A DNA stretch of 64,000 bases from Longimicrobiales bacterium. GTDB lineage: Bacteria; Gemmatimonadota; Gemmatimonadetes; Longimicrobiales; Gaopeijiaceae. The notes below the pieces were generated by a model. That model made no database searches. It had not been told where the DNA came from and was given only the letters and a program-made list of their open reading frames with translations. The translations under genes were made by a program, and so were the position numbers. The first letter of the stretch is position 1, and every line of letters starts with the position of its first letter. The stretch is taken from NCBI GenBank assembly GCA_965219445.1, contig CBDCNQ010000004.1, positions 160,001-224,000 of the forward strand, read 5' to 3'. Shown one piece after another: positions 31,302 to 40,709 of this stretch.

Positions 31302-32456
31302 ATGCTAGGATTCCTTCAAACCGGCTTTGCCGACCTTACCTGGGGGCATGTCGTCTTAATATGTGTGGGGCTCACCTTCATCTATCTCGCTATTGTCAAG
31401 GACTTCGAGCCCTATGAACTCCTCCCTATCGGGATGGGATTGATCTTGGCTAATCTCCCTGGCACTGGACTCTTGGTTCAGCCTCAGGAGGTGGGAGGCG
31501 AAATTGGGACTGCCGGTCTCTTGGGAATATTGATTGAATTTGGTCTCCTCAGATATACAGTCCTGCCTCTGCTAATCTTCGTTGGTCTTGGTGCGTTGAC
31601 GGACTTCGTACCACTCATAGCCCGTCCGCGTCTCTTTTTGCTTGGGGCAGCGGCACAAGTAGGAATAATTGTTGCCTTCCTCGGCGCTTTGGCTTTGGGG
31701 CACTTTGGTATCGCCGAGTTTGGATTGGAGGAAGCGGCTGCCATCGCAATCATTGGCGGTGCTGACGGTCCCACAACGATCTACGTCACCTCCCGGCTTG
31801 CGCCTGAGATAATGGGGATCACGGCGGTGGCCGCATATTCTTACATGGCAATGGTAGCCATCATTCAACCTCCCATAATTAGAGCTCTCACATCAAAAAG
31901 GGAGAGAGAGATCTATATGGAGCCAGAGTTACGCGAGGTGTCAAAAACAGAAGAGATCTTGTTCCCCATAGTATGCCTCATTCTGATCATATTGCTGGTA
32001 CCTCGCAGCGCACCCATCGTGGGAATGTTTATGTTTGGAAACTTACTCCGGGTAAGCGGTGCAGTAGAAAGGCTTTCTGACACGGCACAGAATGCCTTTG
32101 TCAACTCAATCACTATACTCCTCATGCTTTCTATCGGAGCAAGTATGCCTGCCGAGCTAGTAATGCGCCCGGAAACCCTTATGGTTCTGGCTTTGGGTCT
32201 TTTCGCCTTTGCTTGTGGGACAGCCGGGGGTGTGCTTATGGGGAAGCTGATGAAGCTAGTTAGCAAAGAACCCTTCAATCCGATGATAGGTGCCTGTGGT
32301 GTCTCGGCCGTGCCAATGTCAGCCAGGGTAGTGCAGGGAATGGGGCAGGAAGCCAACCCGAGCAACTTCCTGCTGATGAATGCCATGGGACCAAATGTGG
32401 CTGGTGTTGTAGGTTCTGCTGTTGTCGCTGGGATCTTTTTGAGTGTTCTAGGCTAG
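31302..32456 (+). CDS. oadB: Na+-translocating decarboxylase beta subunit
   Basis: IIGGADGPT, AAYSYMA, VSAVPM.ARV, AMGPNVAG. Confidence 0.95.
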   Translation: MLGFLQTGFADLTWGHVVLICVGLTFIYLAIVKDFEPYELLPIGMGLILANLPGTGLLVQPQEVGGEIGTAGLLGILIEFGLLRYTVLPLLIFVGLGALTDFVPLIARPRLFLLGAAAQVGIIVAFLGALALGHFGIAEFGLEEAAAIAIIGGADGPTTIYVTSRLAPEIMGITAVAAYSYMAMVAIIQPPIIRALTSKREREIYMEPELREVSKTEEILFPIVCLILIILLVPRSAPIVGMFMFGNLLRVSGAVERLSDTAQNAFVNSITILLMLSIGASMPAELVMRPETLMVLALGLFAFACGTAGGVLMGKLMKLVSKEPFNPMIGACGVSAVPMSARVVQGMGQEANPSNFLLMNAMGPNVAGVVGSAVVAGIFLSVLG

Positions 32457-32497
32457 GCGTCTTCGTTTGGCGGGTGATGCTTATAGTGTGAGAGGGG

Positions 32498-32719
32498 ATG
32501 GCTGAACAGATTGTGAAGGCCCCCATGAGGGGAAGGGTGATCCGGGTTCATGTCGAAAAGGGGAGCCAAGTCGAGGAGAGAGACCGCATGTGCGACATCG
32601 AGGCCTTGAAGATGGAGATGCCTATCATGGCCCCGGCGGGCGGCACCATCAAAGAGGTCTATATCTCTGTCGGTGAGGAGATCGGGGGGGGCGATCCTCT
32701 GTTTGTGATTGAGAGCTAG
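32498..32719 (+). CDS. Stand-alone biotin carboxyl carrier protein
   Basis: APM.G, EALKME biotinylation motif. Confidence 0.88.
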   Translation: MAEQIVKAPMRGRVIRVHVEKGSQVEERDRMCDIEALKMEMPIMAPAGGTIKEVYISVGEEIGGGDPLFVIES

Positions 32720-32802
32720 GGTGACTATTGACTATTGAGGTGCCCCCAGTTGCGGTACCACTTAACGCCTCTGGCGTGCGAGACTCCCTATCAAGCACAA
32801 CG

Positions 32803-33045
32803 TCAACCGAGCCGCTCCCGTCCGCTCGTTTGTTCCAGAGATCGTCCTGTCCGGCACGATTCGAGATGAAGGTCAGCGACTGACCGCGCGACTTCCTCCA
32901 CGGTTAGGTCCCGTGTGGAGCCGACCTCTGTCTCTCTACTGTCGCGTTCGAGCAGCGCCAAGAGGTCGGCCCGCGTGATCGTGACGGCGGAGTCATCGGA
33001 GGGCAGGGCAGAGGCGAGTTGACGGAGGCGGTCGTGGAGCGTCAT
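32803..33045 (-). pseudogene. Truncated excisionase/HTH-like mobile-element gene
   Basis: DLTVEEVA helix start, after which the HTH pattern breaks off. Confidence 0.4.
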
Positions 33046-33224
33046 ACGGCGACCGATGCTGCCAAGGCAGGCGGTCTACCGCCAAGCCAAGGAGCGAAGG
33101 GGCGAACTGAGCCAAGGATTGTACCAAAGTGCCTGTCCTCTCTTCGCCCACAAGCGGATCGACGCTACCGGGTACGGCGCGACAGGAGGCGAGCGCATCG
33201 TGCATGAATGTGTGGCGAGCAGTC

Positions 33225-33632
33225 TCAAAGCCAGACGATATCTACGGTGTCCTCGACCGCTGCGAACTCTGGGTCGCCCGTGACCACGCACACCCCGAGC
33301 CGAATAGCGGTAGCGACTGCAAACGCGTCGGCGTAGGACAGGGGAAAGCGGGCCTTGACCCTCGCCGCATCGATGACCTCGGCGTAGCCGTTCGAAACGA
33401 TCTCCAGTGGAAGCGTTTCGAGGTATCGGAGGACGCGCTCCGCCTCACTGAGGGACCGGTGCTTGGCTACGATGTAAAAGACCTCTCCGACATTGATTTC
33501 GTTCACCAGCAGGAGATCTTCGTCCCGGACGCCCGCCCTCAGGAGGTCGGCGACGACCTGTGCACCCGGCTCGTCATTCAGAAGAGCCAGGATCGTGTAG
33601 GAGTCGAGCAGACTTCTCTGTTTCTCGGGCAT
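33225..33632 (-). CDS. vapC: VapC PIN-domain toxin
   Basis: LLDS, E, LSYADAF, TGD acidic PIN residues. Confidence 0.9.
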   Translation of the reverse strand: MPEKQRSLLDSYTILALLNDEPGAQVVADLLRAGVRDEDLLLVNEINVGEVFYIVAKHRSLSEAERVLRYLETLPLEIVSNGYAEVIDAARVKARFPLSYADAFAVATAIRLGVCVVTGDPEFAAVEDTVDIVWL

Positions 33633-33855
33633 GCTCGGCACGGCGCTCCTCGGTCAGGGCTGTGGTCAGAGACGGGCCCTCCTTCAGGAGCCCGCGGACG
33701 GCAGAGACGGGATCTTCGGCGACAGGCTCGATCAGCACCTGCCGCCCCCCCGCGTGGCTGACGAGCACGAGATCCCCAGGACTTAGTCCGATGACCTCGC
33801 GGAGCCGTGCGGGGACAACCACCTGGCCCTTGGGGGAGGTTCTGACGATCGGCAT
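33574..33855 (-). CDS. AbrB/MazE-type antitoxin
   Basis: KGQVVVP..LR..GL..GD motif; overlaps toxin. Confidence 0.9.
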   Translation of the reverse strand: MPIVRTSPKGQVVVPARLREVIGLSPGDLVLVSHAGGRQVLIEPVAEDPVSAVRGLLKEGPSLTTALTEERRAEHARETEKSARLLHDPGSSE

Positions 33856-33906
33856 AGCGATATTCCTTGGTTTAACTGTATCGTAATTCGTACAACTTTT
33901 CTCTTG

Positions 33907-33935
33907 AAGTTAAACAATTACGTATGCCAGTGCAA
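33907..33935 (-). promoter_or_regulatory. Putative promoter of the TA operon
   Basis: TTGCAC-17 nt-TAACTT within AT-rich inverted repeats. Confidence 0.55.
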
Positions 33936-34120
33936 CGATGAATCTCTGACGCCATGCGAGAACGGTCTGCCCGCCCCACCCATGAACGTGACCAGGCTCC
34001 AGGGCGCGCACATAGCACAACGAGCCGGGGCTGCGGTGGTGCGTCGTCTCTACGACCGGAAGTCGTGCTGAGCCGGAAGCTGAATATGCCCGTGCTGGAG
34101 CGGGCGAGGATTTTACGCGC

Positions 34121-34171
34121 TTGCTCCTTTGTGTTTCTCGACCTATCTTCGACTTTCGGTTTATATTCGGT
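34121..34171 (+). promoter_or_regulatory. imuB promoter with two TTCG-N7-TTCG-like boxes
   Basis: TTGCTC-17-TATCTT; CTCG-ACCTATC-TTCG and TTCG-GTTTATA-TTCG. Confidence 0.6.
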
Positions 34172-34205
34172 ATTCGTTCCGCCTCATCCGATGGCTCATC
34201 CGACC

Positions 34206-35555
34206 ATGTCGAAGCCCCATTCACGCACGTATGGTGCTCCCACCCACCCCACCGTTTGTGGGTGGGAAAACAGGGACGCCATAGCCACTCGGCAGCGTGG
34301 AAGCCGCCAAGCACTGTGCACCTGGCTGCCCACGTTCGAGCTCCGGCTGGAACTGGTTCGAACCCCGGAGTTGGACAGCACGTCCGTAGCCCTTCTCTCC
34401 CCGGGGGAGAACACCCGGAGAACCATATGGCAGGTCTCCGAGCGCGCCTCGATCGCAGGCGTACGGCCGGGGCAACTCATCTCGCAGGCCGTCGCTCTCT
34501 GCCCCTCCCTCACCCTCTTGGAGCCCGATCCGGCCCACTACGACGCTACGCAGGAAGAGCTTCTGGAAACCCTGTCGGGCCTGAGTCCCATCGTGGAGCC
34601 CGCCGGCCGTGGGAGGATCTTTGTCGGCATGGATGGGCTCGGCCGGCTGTACGGCTCACCATCACGCCAGGTGGAGAGAGTTCTGCACACGCTCCTGAAG
34701 ATTTTCCCTCGCCCACTAGTGGCCGCCACGAGAATCGGATGGGCCCCCGGAAAATTCGGGGCCTGGGTGGCCGCAGCCGGAGCGGGCCCGGGCCGGCCCG
34801 TGATCGTTTCGGATCAGGAATTGCCGGCATTCCTGAACCCGTGTCCTGTCTCCGTACTCCCGGTGGATGCGGTCGTGACCGAGCGACTCGAGCGACTCGG
34901 CATCGAGACCCTGGGCGACCTGATTCGCCTTCCGAGCCCTGCCCTGGTCGGACAGTTCGGCCCCGACGGGCGGAGGGCCCGGGCGTGGGCCACGGGTGAG
35001 CGCATCGACCCCGTCCAACCGTATTACCGCCCCCAGCCGATCCGTGTCTCCATGGAATTCCACACTCCCGTGGGCCAAGTGGATACGCTCCACGGCGCTC
35101 TCGACCGGCTCCTGGAACGGGCGCTGGCCCGTCTGGAGCGCAAAGGCCGAAGCGTACAGGGGGTACGCCTCGGGGCGCGTCTGGAGGGTGGGGGCTCGTG
35201 GGCCCTGGAGGCGATCCTGCGAGAGCCCACGTCCGAGCGGGACCGCATCGCCTTCACCGTCCGAACTCGGATGGCCCTGTCCCCTCCCCTACGGGCGGTC
35301 GAGGCCCTCATGGTGGAGTTCTTCCAGTTCGGTCCCGCAACATCCCAGAACGACCTCTTCGGTCGCGCGGAAACTGGCGGCAGAGAGGAGAGTGGACGGG
35401 AGCTGTCCGAGGGCGCCATCCCGTCCTCTCTGAGGGAAGCCGTGACGGAGTTGAAGCTGAAGCTGGGGTTCTCTCCGCTTTATCGCGTCGTGGAGATCGA
35501 CCCCTGGTCCAGGATCCCGGAGCGACGACACGCGTTGCTGAATTTCGATCCGTGA
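34206..35555 (+). CDS. imuB: ImuB-like inactive Y-family polymerase (start uncertain)
   Basis: GVRPGQ....A.ALCP, SPIVE, LERLGIETLGDL HhH; catalytic acidic residues not evident. Confidence 0.8.
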   Translation: MSKPHSRTYGAPTHPTVCGWENRDAIATRQRGSRQALCTWLPTFELRLELVRTPELDSTSVALLSPGENTRRTIWQVSERASIAGVRPGQLISQAVALCPSLTLLEPDPAHYDATQEELLETLSGLSPIVEPAGRGRIFVGMDGLGRLYGSPSRQVERVLHTLLKIFPRPLVAATRIGWAPGKFGAWVAAAGAGPGRPVIVSDQELPAFLNPCPVSVLPVDAVVTERLERLGIETLGDLIRLPSPALVGQFGPDGRRARAWATGERIDPVQPYYRPQPIRVSMEFHTPVGQVDTLHGALDRLLERALARLERKGRSVQGVRLGARLEGGGSWALEAILREPTSERDRIAFTVRTRMALSPPLRAVEALMVEFFQFGPATSQNDLFGRAETGGREESGRELSEGAIPSSLREAVTELKLKLGFSPLYRVVEIDPWSRIPERRHALLNFDP

Positions 35556-35710
35556 GCTACAGAGGGAGCGGCCGATGGCCCCCATCGGCGAGCACACCGA
35601 CATGAAGCTCACGTGCTCGGGAACTTTTAGGCCTCCCCGCGGACTATTCTAAAGGTCGTGACGCCGGTGGGCTCGACACCGCAGAACGTCCACAACCACG
35701 AGGAGACGAG

Positions 35711-36134
35711 ACGAAAAATTTTCATGTCAGACGAAGGGCACACTGGGTGGTCATGTCTCTTTTCCTCGCAGTCACAGGCTGCGGTGGGGATTCTGGAACG
35801 AATGGCGGCAATGGCGGCAATGGCGGTGGTGGTGGGGGTGGCGGTGGGGGTACTTCGGTGACAGTCGGGAACAATTTCTTCAATTTGCCGAATATCTTCG
35901 TCGATCCCGGCGCGACAGTAACGTGGATGTGGACCGGGGGCGGCGATCAACACAACGTGACGTTTGCTTCCAGCAGGATTGCCGACTCCCCCACGCAGAC
36001 CACCGGTACGCATGCGGTCACGATGCCTGCTACGCCGGCGGTGTACAGTTACCGGTGCACCATCCATGGGGCAGCGACGATGAGGCGGCTCGGTGACGGT
36101 CGGTAGTGGCGGTGGCGAAGACCCTGTGTACTAG
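35711..36134 (+). pseudogene. Plastocyanin/azurin-like Cu-binding lipoprotein, damaged
   Basis: Lipobox VTGC, HNV, C..H....M ligands; ACG where ATG is expected after GAGGAG; frameshift near 36085. Confidence 0.65.
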
Positions 36135-36531
36135 TGGTGAACTCAGTGGTGTTCCCACGTCCGGCCCGATAGTGTCCTGCACACGAAGTGGAGGCCAGTA
36201 ATACGAACCAGCGCGGTCGCGCCCAGCACGACGGTGACCTGGACGTGGGACGGTGGGGAGTAGCCCCCTACGGTCTGAGTAGGACGATACCCGGGCCAAT
36301 CATTCCTGCGCGTTGAATCGCAACGCCATCTGACAGCCATCTCGTGATCAAGCCCGACGGCCGTCAGGCGGTCGAGTTGCGCATGCCGCGGGGCAGCCGT
36401 GAACGCCGTCCAGGGGCAAGGGGGGATGTGTGTCCCGGTGATTTTCATGACACGGGAACACCACCGAGCCCACCACGTAGTATTCGAACTCCCCGACACA
36501 CGAAGTGGGGCCGTTATACGAAGCAGGAGTG

Positions 36532-37089
36532 ATGTCACACGTGGAATGTTCGGAATTTCTGAGCCGGTTTTCCGACTTCTATGACGAGTCACCGGACTCA
36601 CGGCTGCGGGGGCCATTAGAGGCGCACCTCGAGCACTGTGAAAAGTGCGCGCAGTATGAACAGGCGGTCGCGAGTGGGGCTGCACTGCTGCGAACGTTAC
36701 CCCGTATCGAGCTGTCTGAAAGCTTCCGGCCCACCTTGGAACACCGCTTGTTCCACCTGGAGGACGAGAATGCCATCGCCCGGGCCGCCGGGAGTTCGGC
36801 CGTCCCGGTACTGACTGCCGTGGGCATAGCGATCGTGCTGGCGATCATCGCGTGGTCTCCAACCCTCGGGCGCTCTACGGCACAAGTGGCCTTGGCCCCC
36901 ATCGTGGTCTCCGGTCCCCCCTCTCCCGAACCCGCCCTCCCCGCTGGCACAGGAAGATATACACCGTGGGAGCCGACTCTGGATCTGGAGAAGGAACTGT
37001 GGTCGGATCCCAACGCGTTGCTCTATGAGTATTCTCCGATGCGTGAAAGGTACCGAGCCGAGGGGCTTCTCCGGCAAACCGGCTTCTGA
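36532..37089 (+). CDS. Orphan zf-HC2 anti-sigma-like membrane protein
   Basis: HLEHCEKC plus one TM helix; RBS AGGAG. Confidence 0.75.
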   Translation: MSHVECSEFLSRFSDFYDESPDSRLRGPLEAHLEHCEKCAQYEQAVASGAALLRTLPRIELSESFRPTLEHRLFHLEDENAIARAAGSSAVPVLTAVGIAIVLAIIAWSPTLGRSTAQVALAPIVVSGPPSPEPALPAGTGRYTPWEPTLDLEKELWSDPNALLYEYSPMRERYRAEGLLRQTGF

Positions 37090-37167
37090 GTTTTTTGGAC
37101 TAGTTCTTCGCGCGGCCGCACCCCACTTCTCAACAGCTTCTAGTACCCCTTGAGTCCCCACCTGGAA

Positions 37168-37200
37168 TTGCATCGCCCCGATTTTCGGTTTATCTTCGGT
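37168..37200 (+). promoter_or_regulatory. Promoter with TTCG-N7-TTCG box
   Basis: TTGCAT-17-TATCTT inside TTCG-GTTTATC-TTCG. Confidence 0.6.
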
Positions 37201-37222
37201 TTCTGAGACACCACACCAATCC

Positions 37223-37549
37223 ATGAACCCGATTCTCATGAATCCCAGCATTCCACCAGCGAACTACGCCGGACACGGGCATCACAGTGTGGTGTTCCAG
37301 CGGCAGAGGCTGCGGCCCTTGAAGTCCCCTTCCCCGGTCCGAGTTCGCACCGACGACGAGGGCTTACCGGCCGAGCTTCATCAAAAAGGAAAGCGACTCC
37401 GGGTAATGGCGGTTCGAGAGCGCTGGAGAATCGACGATGAATGGTGGCGCGAACCAATTTCCAGAGAATACTACGCCCTGGTGCTGGAGGACGGCCGGCC
37501 GGTCATCCTCTTTCGGGATCTCGTGGCCGGAGGGTGGTACGGGCAGTGA
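37223..37549 (+). CDS. Small ImuB-C-terminal-like (DUF6504-like) protein
   Basis: ERWRIDDEWW..REYY...LFRDL..WY motif. Confidence 0.7.
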   Translation: MNPILMNPSIPPANYAGHGHHSVVFQRQRLRPLKSPSPVRVRTDDEGLPAELHQKGKRLRVMAVRERWRIDDEWWREPISREYYALVLEDGRPVILFRDLVAGGWYGQ

Positions 37550-37574
37550 GAGTCCTCCGCATCCAACTCACGCC
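37532..37574 (+). repeat. 43-bp direct repeat, copy 1
   Basis: Matches 37983-38025 with one mismatch. Confidence 0.92.
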
Positions 37575-37622
37575 GTCGGGCTCCGCCCATCCTCTTGTTG
37601 ACGGGTCCTGGTCTCTTCGGGC

Positions 37623-38000
37623 AGAGTCCCCGAGGACTTCGCCTTCAAACTGAGTCCCAAGGAGTGGGCCGCTTTGAAATCACATCTTGTGACATCAAAA
37701 ACAGGGCGAGGGGGCCGTAGGAAACCGCCGAGTGTCTTCACCGAGCAGGGCGTGGCCATGCTCTCTTCGGTGCTCCGGAGCAAGCGCGCGGTCGAGGTCA
37801 ACGTGGCGATCATGCGGACCTTTGTGCGCATCCGCCGCGTCCTGGGCGCGAACGAGGATCTGGCCCGGAAGGTGGCTCGCCATGACGAGGAAATCCACGC
37901 GCTTTTCCGGCATGTGAAGGGTCTGTTGGCCTCGCCTCCAGAGCCCACGAAACCGCCTATCGGCTTTATCCATACGAAGGACGGGTGGTACGGGGAGTGA
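37623..38000 (+). pseudogene. 5'-truncated ORF6N-domain DNA-binding protein
   Basis: PEDFAFKL, GGRRK.P.VFTEQGVAMLSSVLRS, PIGF. Confidence 0.8.
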
Positions 38001-38025
38001 GAGTCCTCCGCATCCAACTCACGCC
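37983..38025 (+). repeat. 43-bp direct repeat, copy 2
   Basis: Matches 37532-37574. Confidence 0.92.
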
Positions 38026-38701
38026 ACGCAAGAAGAACCGAGTCCTCGTGCATCTGGACGGCATCGAGCCTCTCGATATCGCCCTGGACGTCATGGAGCG
38101 CTCGGGCATCCACGTCGGAGACGACGTGACCATCCAGGATCTCGCCCAGCTCCAGGAAGACGATACCAAGTGGCGCGTTCGCCAAGCCGCTCTTCATCTT
38201 CTCTCGTACAGACCGAGAGCCGAGCAGGAGCTTCGGCGCCGCCTCCGTTCCAAGGACTTTCCGCATGCGCTCGTGGAGTGGTGTCTCCGCGCCCTCGAGG
38301 AAGAGGGGCTCATCGACGACCATGCCTTCGCTTCCGCGTACGTGCGCAGCCGGATCCGCCTCAGGCCGAGAGGACGCTTTCGTTTAGTCCAAGAGCTGCG
38401 CCAAAAGGGAGTGTCCGCCGAGATAGCGGAACAAGCCATCGACGAGGCCTTCGACAACGAAGAAACGTCGGAACGGGCCTTGGCATGTGCGGCGGCTCGA
38501 CGTTGGCTCGACCGTCAGGGTTCGACCCTGATCGAGAGCCTGGCCGACACGGACCGATCCGACGAACGTGAGCGGGCCCGCCGGCGCCTGCACGCCTTCC
38601 TGAGCCGCCGTGGATTCGGGACGGATGTCATCCGCGTTGGGATGGAGGAAGCCGAGGCCGATGCGAGGGAAGCGGTTGGACAGAGAGACGCGCCGGCCTG
38701 A
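37997..38701 (+). CDS. recX: Regulatory protein RecX
   Basis: AL.LLSYR.R...EL..RL, GLIDD..FA, EL.QKGV, L.RRGF. Confidence 0.9.
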   Translation: MRVLRIQLTPRKKNRVLVHLDGIEPLDIALDVMERSGIHVGDDVTIQDLAQLQEDDTKWRVRQAALHLLSYRPRAEQELRRRLRSKDFPHALVEWCLRALEEEGLIDDHAFASAYVRSRIRLRPRGRFRLVQELRQKGVSAEIAEQAIDEAFDNEETSERALACAAARRWLDRQGSTLIESLADTDRSDERERARRRLHAFLSRRGFGTDVIRVGMEEAEADAREAVGQRDAPA

Positions 38702-38798
38702 CGCAGCGGGTGGCTCGAATCGTGTCGGTCGTTGGCCCGTTGACGCGTGGCTGGCTAAATTGAAAAATGGATTGAGTTGCACAGATGGGAGGTTCGAG

Positions 38799-39261
38799 AT
38801 GAGAGGCCTGACACCACTCCTTCGGTCTCGCCGCATTGCGGCTGTAGCTGCGCTTGCTGCGGCCGCTTTCTGGTCAGGCTGCTCGGACGCTCCAGACTCC
38901 CTATCTGGTCCCGATCTCGAGACGGCCCAATCCAGGATCCAAGAGCTAGGCATTCGCCCCGCCCTCGAGGCCCAAGAACGCCATGGGGACCGGCTCATGG
39001 CGATTCCGGGCGTGGTTGGGCATGGGGTGAGTGTAGGGGCGAACGGGCAACCGACCGTCGTGGTGTTCACTCTTCGCCCCGGCACGAGCGGCATACCGGA
39101 GCGCGTAGATGGCGTGTCGACTCGGACCGTAGCGAGTGGCATGATCGTCGCTCTGACGGAAGAGACGGCGAGGCACCGCCCGACGCCCCTGGGCATGTCT
39201 ATCGGCCACCCCGACATCACTGCCGGGACACTTGGCTTCAAGGTGAAGGACGTCTCGGGTA
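38799..39261 (+). pseudogene. Lipoprotein with trypsin-like protease start, cut by IS256
   Basis: Lipobox WSGC, IPGVVG.GV, RP...G.SIGH..TAGTLG, then IS end. Confidence 0.6.
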
Positions 39262-40648
39262 GAGCTAGGATCAGAAGGGTGTGTAAAAAAAGAGGCGACG
39301 TACCTTTCCGCTAGGTAGTAAGAAGTTAACCAGCGAATCCCGGGTGAGCGCCCGGGGGAAAGGAACGATGCCTCGTGAGGAAGAATATGGTGGGACCCGA
39401 GAGTGAGTCCAGCACGCCGACGTGGGAGTGCTTGGAAGCGCTGGTTCGTGAGAAGGCCCAGGAGATGGTCCAGCGGATTCTGGAGGAGGAAGTGACGGAG
39501 TTGCTCGGCCGGGAGAAGTCGGAGCGGAAGACGGTCGTAGACCCGGCGCCAGGCTACCGCAACGGCTACGGCAAGGCTCGGCGGCTGGCGATGAGCTCGG
39601 GCACGATCATGCTCCGACGGCCCCGGGTTCGAGGCATTGAGGAGCGGTTCGAGAGTCGGGTGTTGCCGTTGTTCGCACGACGGACGAAGGAGGTGGGTGC
39701 TCTGCTTCCGGAGCTGTATCTGCACGGGCTGGCGGAGGGAGACTTCGAGCTGGCGATGCGGGGCCTGCTGGGCGAGGGGGCCCCGTTGTCGAAGTCTTCG
39801 ATTTGGCGGCTGCGGGCGGGATGGACAAGGAAATTCGAGGAATGGTCGAAGCGCTCGCTGGCCGACCGTGAGGTCGTCTACGTCTGGGCGGACGGGATCT
39901 ACGTGAAGGCGGGGCTCGAGCGGGACAAGGCAGCGCTGCTGGTGGTTCTCGGTGCGATGCGAGATGGTACGAAGGAGGTGTTGGCCCTGAGATCGGGCTA
40001 CCGAGAGTCGGTCGAGTCCTGGTCCGAGGTGTTGCGGGATCTGAAGGCACGCGGCATCGAGGCGCCCCGGCTTTTGATGGCGGACGGCAACGCGGCGATC
40101 TGGGGCGCAGTACGGCAGGTATGGCCTGAGGCGGGCGAGCAACGGTGCTGGAACCACAAGATGAGGAACGTGCTGGACCGGCTGCCTCAGCGGGAGCAGA
40201 GCGAGGCGAAGGACCTTCTCAGGACCGTGGTCTACGCACCGAGGCGGTCCGAGGCGCTGAAGGCCCGTGAGGCGTTCGCCAGGCGCTACAGACCGTGGTA
40301 TCCGAAGGCGGTGGATGTACTCGAGGACGACTGGGAGCGGATGGTGGCGTTCTACGACTTCCCCGAGGACCACTGGAAGCATCTACGCACGACGAACGTG
40401 GTCGAGAGCCCCTTTGCCGCAGTACGGCTCAGGACAACGGCGGCGAAGCGCTTCAAGCGGGTCGAGAGCGCTACGGCGCTGATCTGGAAGCTGCTCTTGG
40501 TGGCGGAGAAGCGCTTCAGAAGGCTCGACGCTCCTCACCTCCTCAAGGACGTATTTGAAGGAAGAAAGTTCGAAGACGGAAAGCCCGTCTCAACCCAACA
40601 GCGGAAAAACGCCGCCTGAAACATTTACACACCTATTGACCCAACCTC
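39262..40648 (+). mobile_element. IS256-family insertion sequence
   Basis: Imperfect IRs GAG...GGTGTGTAAA at both ends; no target duplication visible. Confidence 0.85.
39375..40619 (+). CDS. IS256 transposase
   Basis: YRNGY, WADG, MADG, QRCW.HK.RN, RTTN.VES. Confidence 0.95.
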   Translation: MRKNMVGPESESSTPTWECLEALVREKAQEMVQRILEEEVTELLGREKSERKTVVDPAPGYRNGYGKARRLAMSSGTIMLRRPRVRGIEERFESRVLPLFARRTKEVGALLPELYLHGLAEGDFELAMRGLLGEGAPLSKSSIWRLRAGWTRKFEEWSKRSLADREVVYVWADGIYVKAGLERDKAALLVVLGAMRDGTKEVLALRSGYRESVESWSEVLRDLKARGIEAPRLLMADGNAAIWGAVRQVWPEAGEQRCWNHKMRNVLDRLPQREQSEAKDLLRTVVYAPRRSEALKAREAFARRYRPWYPKAVDVLEDDWERMVAFYDFPEDHWKHLRTTNVVESPFAAVRLRTTAAKRFKRVESATALIWKLLLVAEKRFRRLDAPHLLKDVFEGRKFEDGKPVSTQQRKNAA

Positions 40649-40709
40649 GTGCTGCCTGTGCCAAACCTCGAACTCCTTCCAGATGGAAAACCGGTCATGA
40701 AGCAGTGGG

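Noticed and set aside
35800..35850. GGCGGCAAT/GGT short repeats
   Set aside because: Encode a Gly/Asn linker, not a functional DNA repeat
36134..36500. ECF sigma gene expected upstream of the orphan anti-sigma
   Set aside because: No sigma-like translation seen in the frames examined
37532..38025. Possible CRISPR repeat pair
   Set aside because: Only two copies 408 bp apart, overlapping coding sequence, no cas genes
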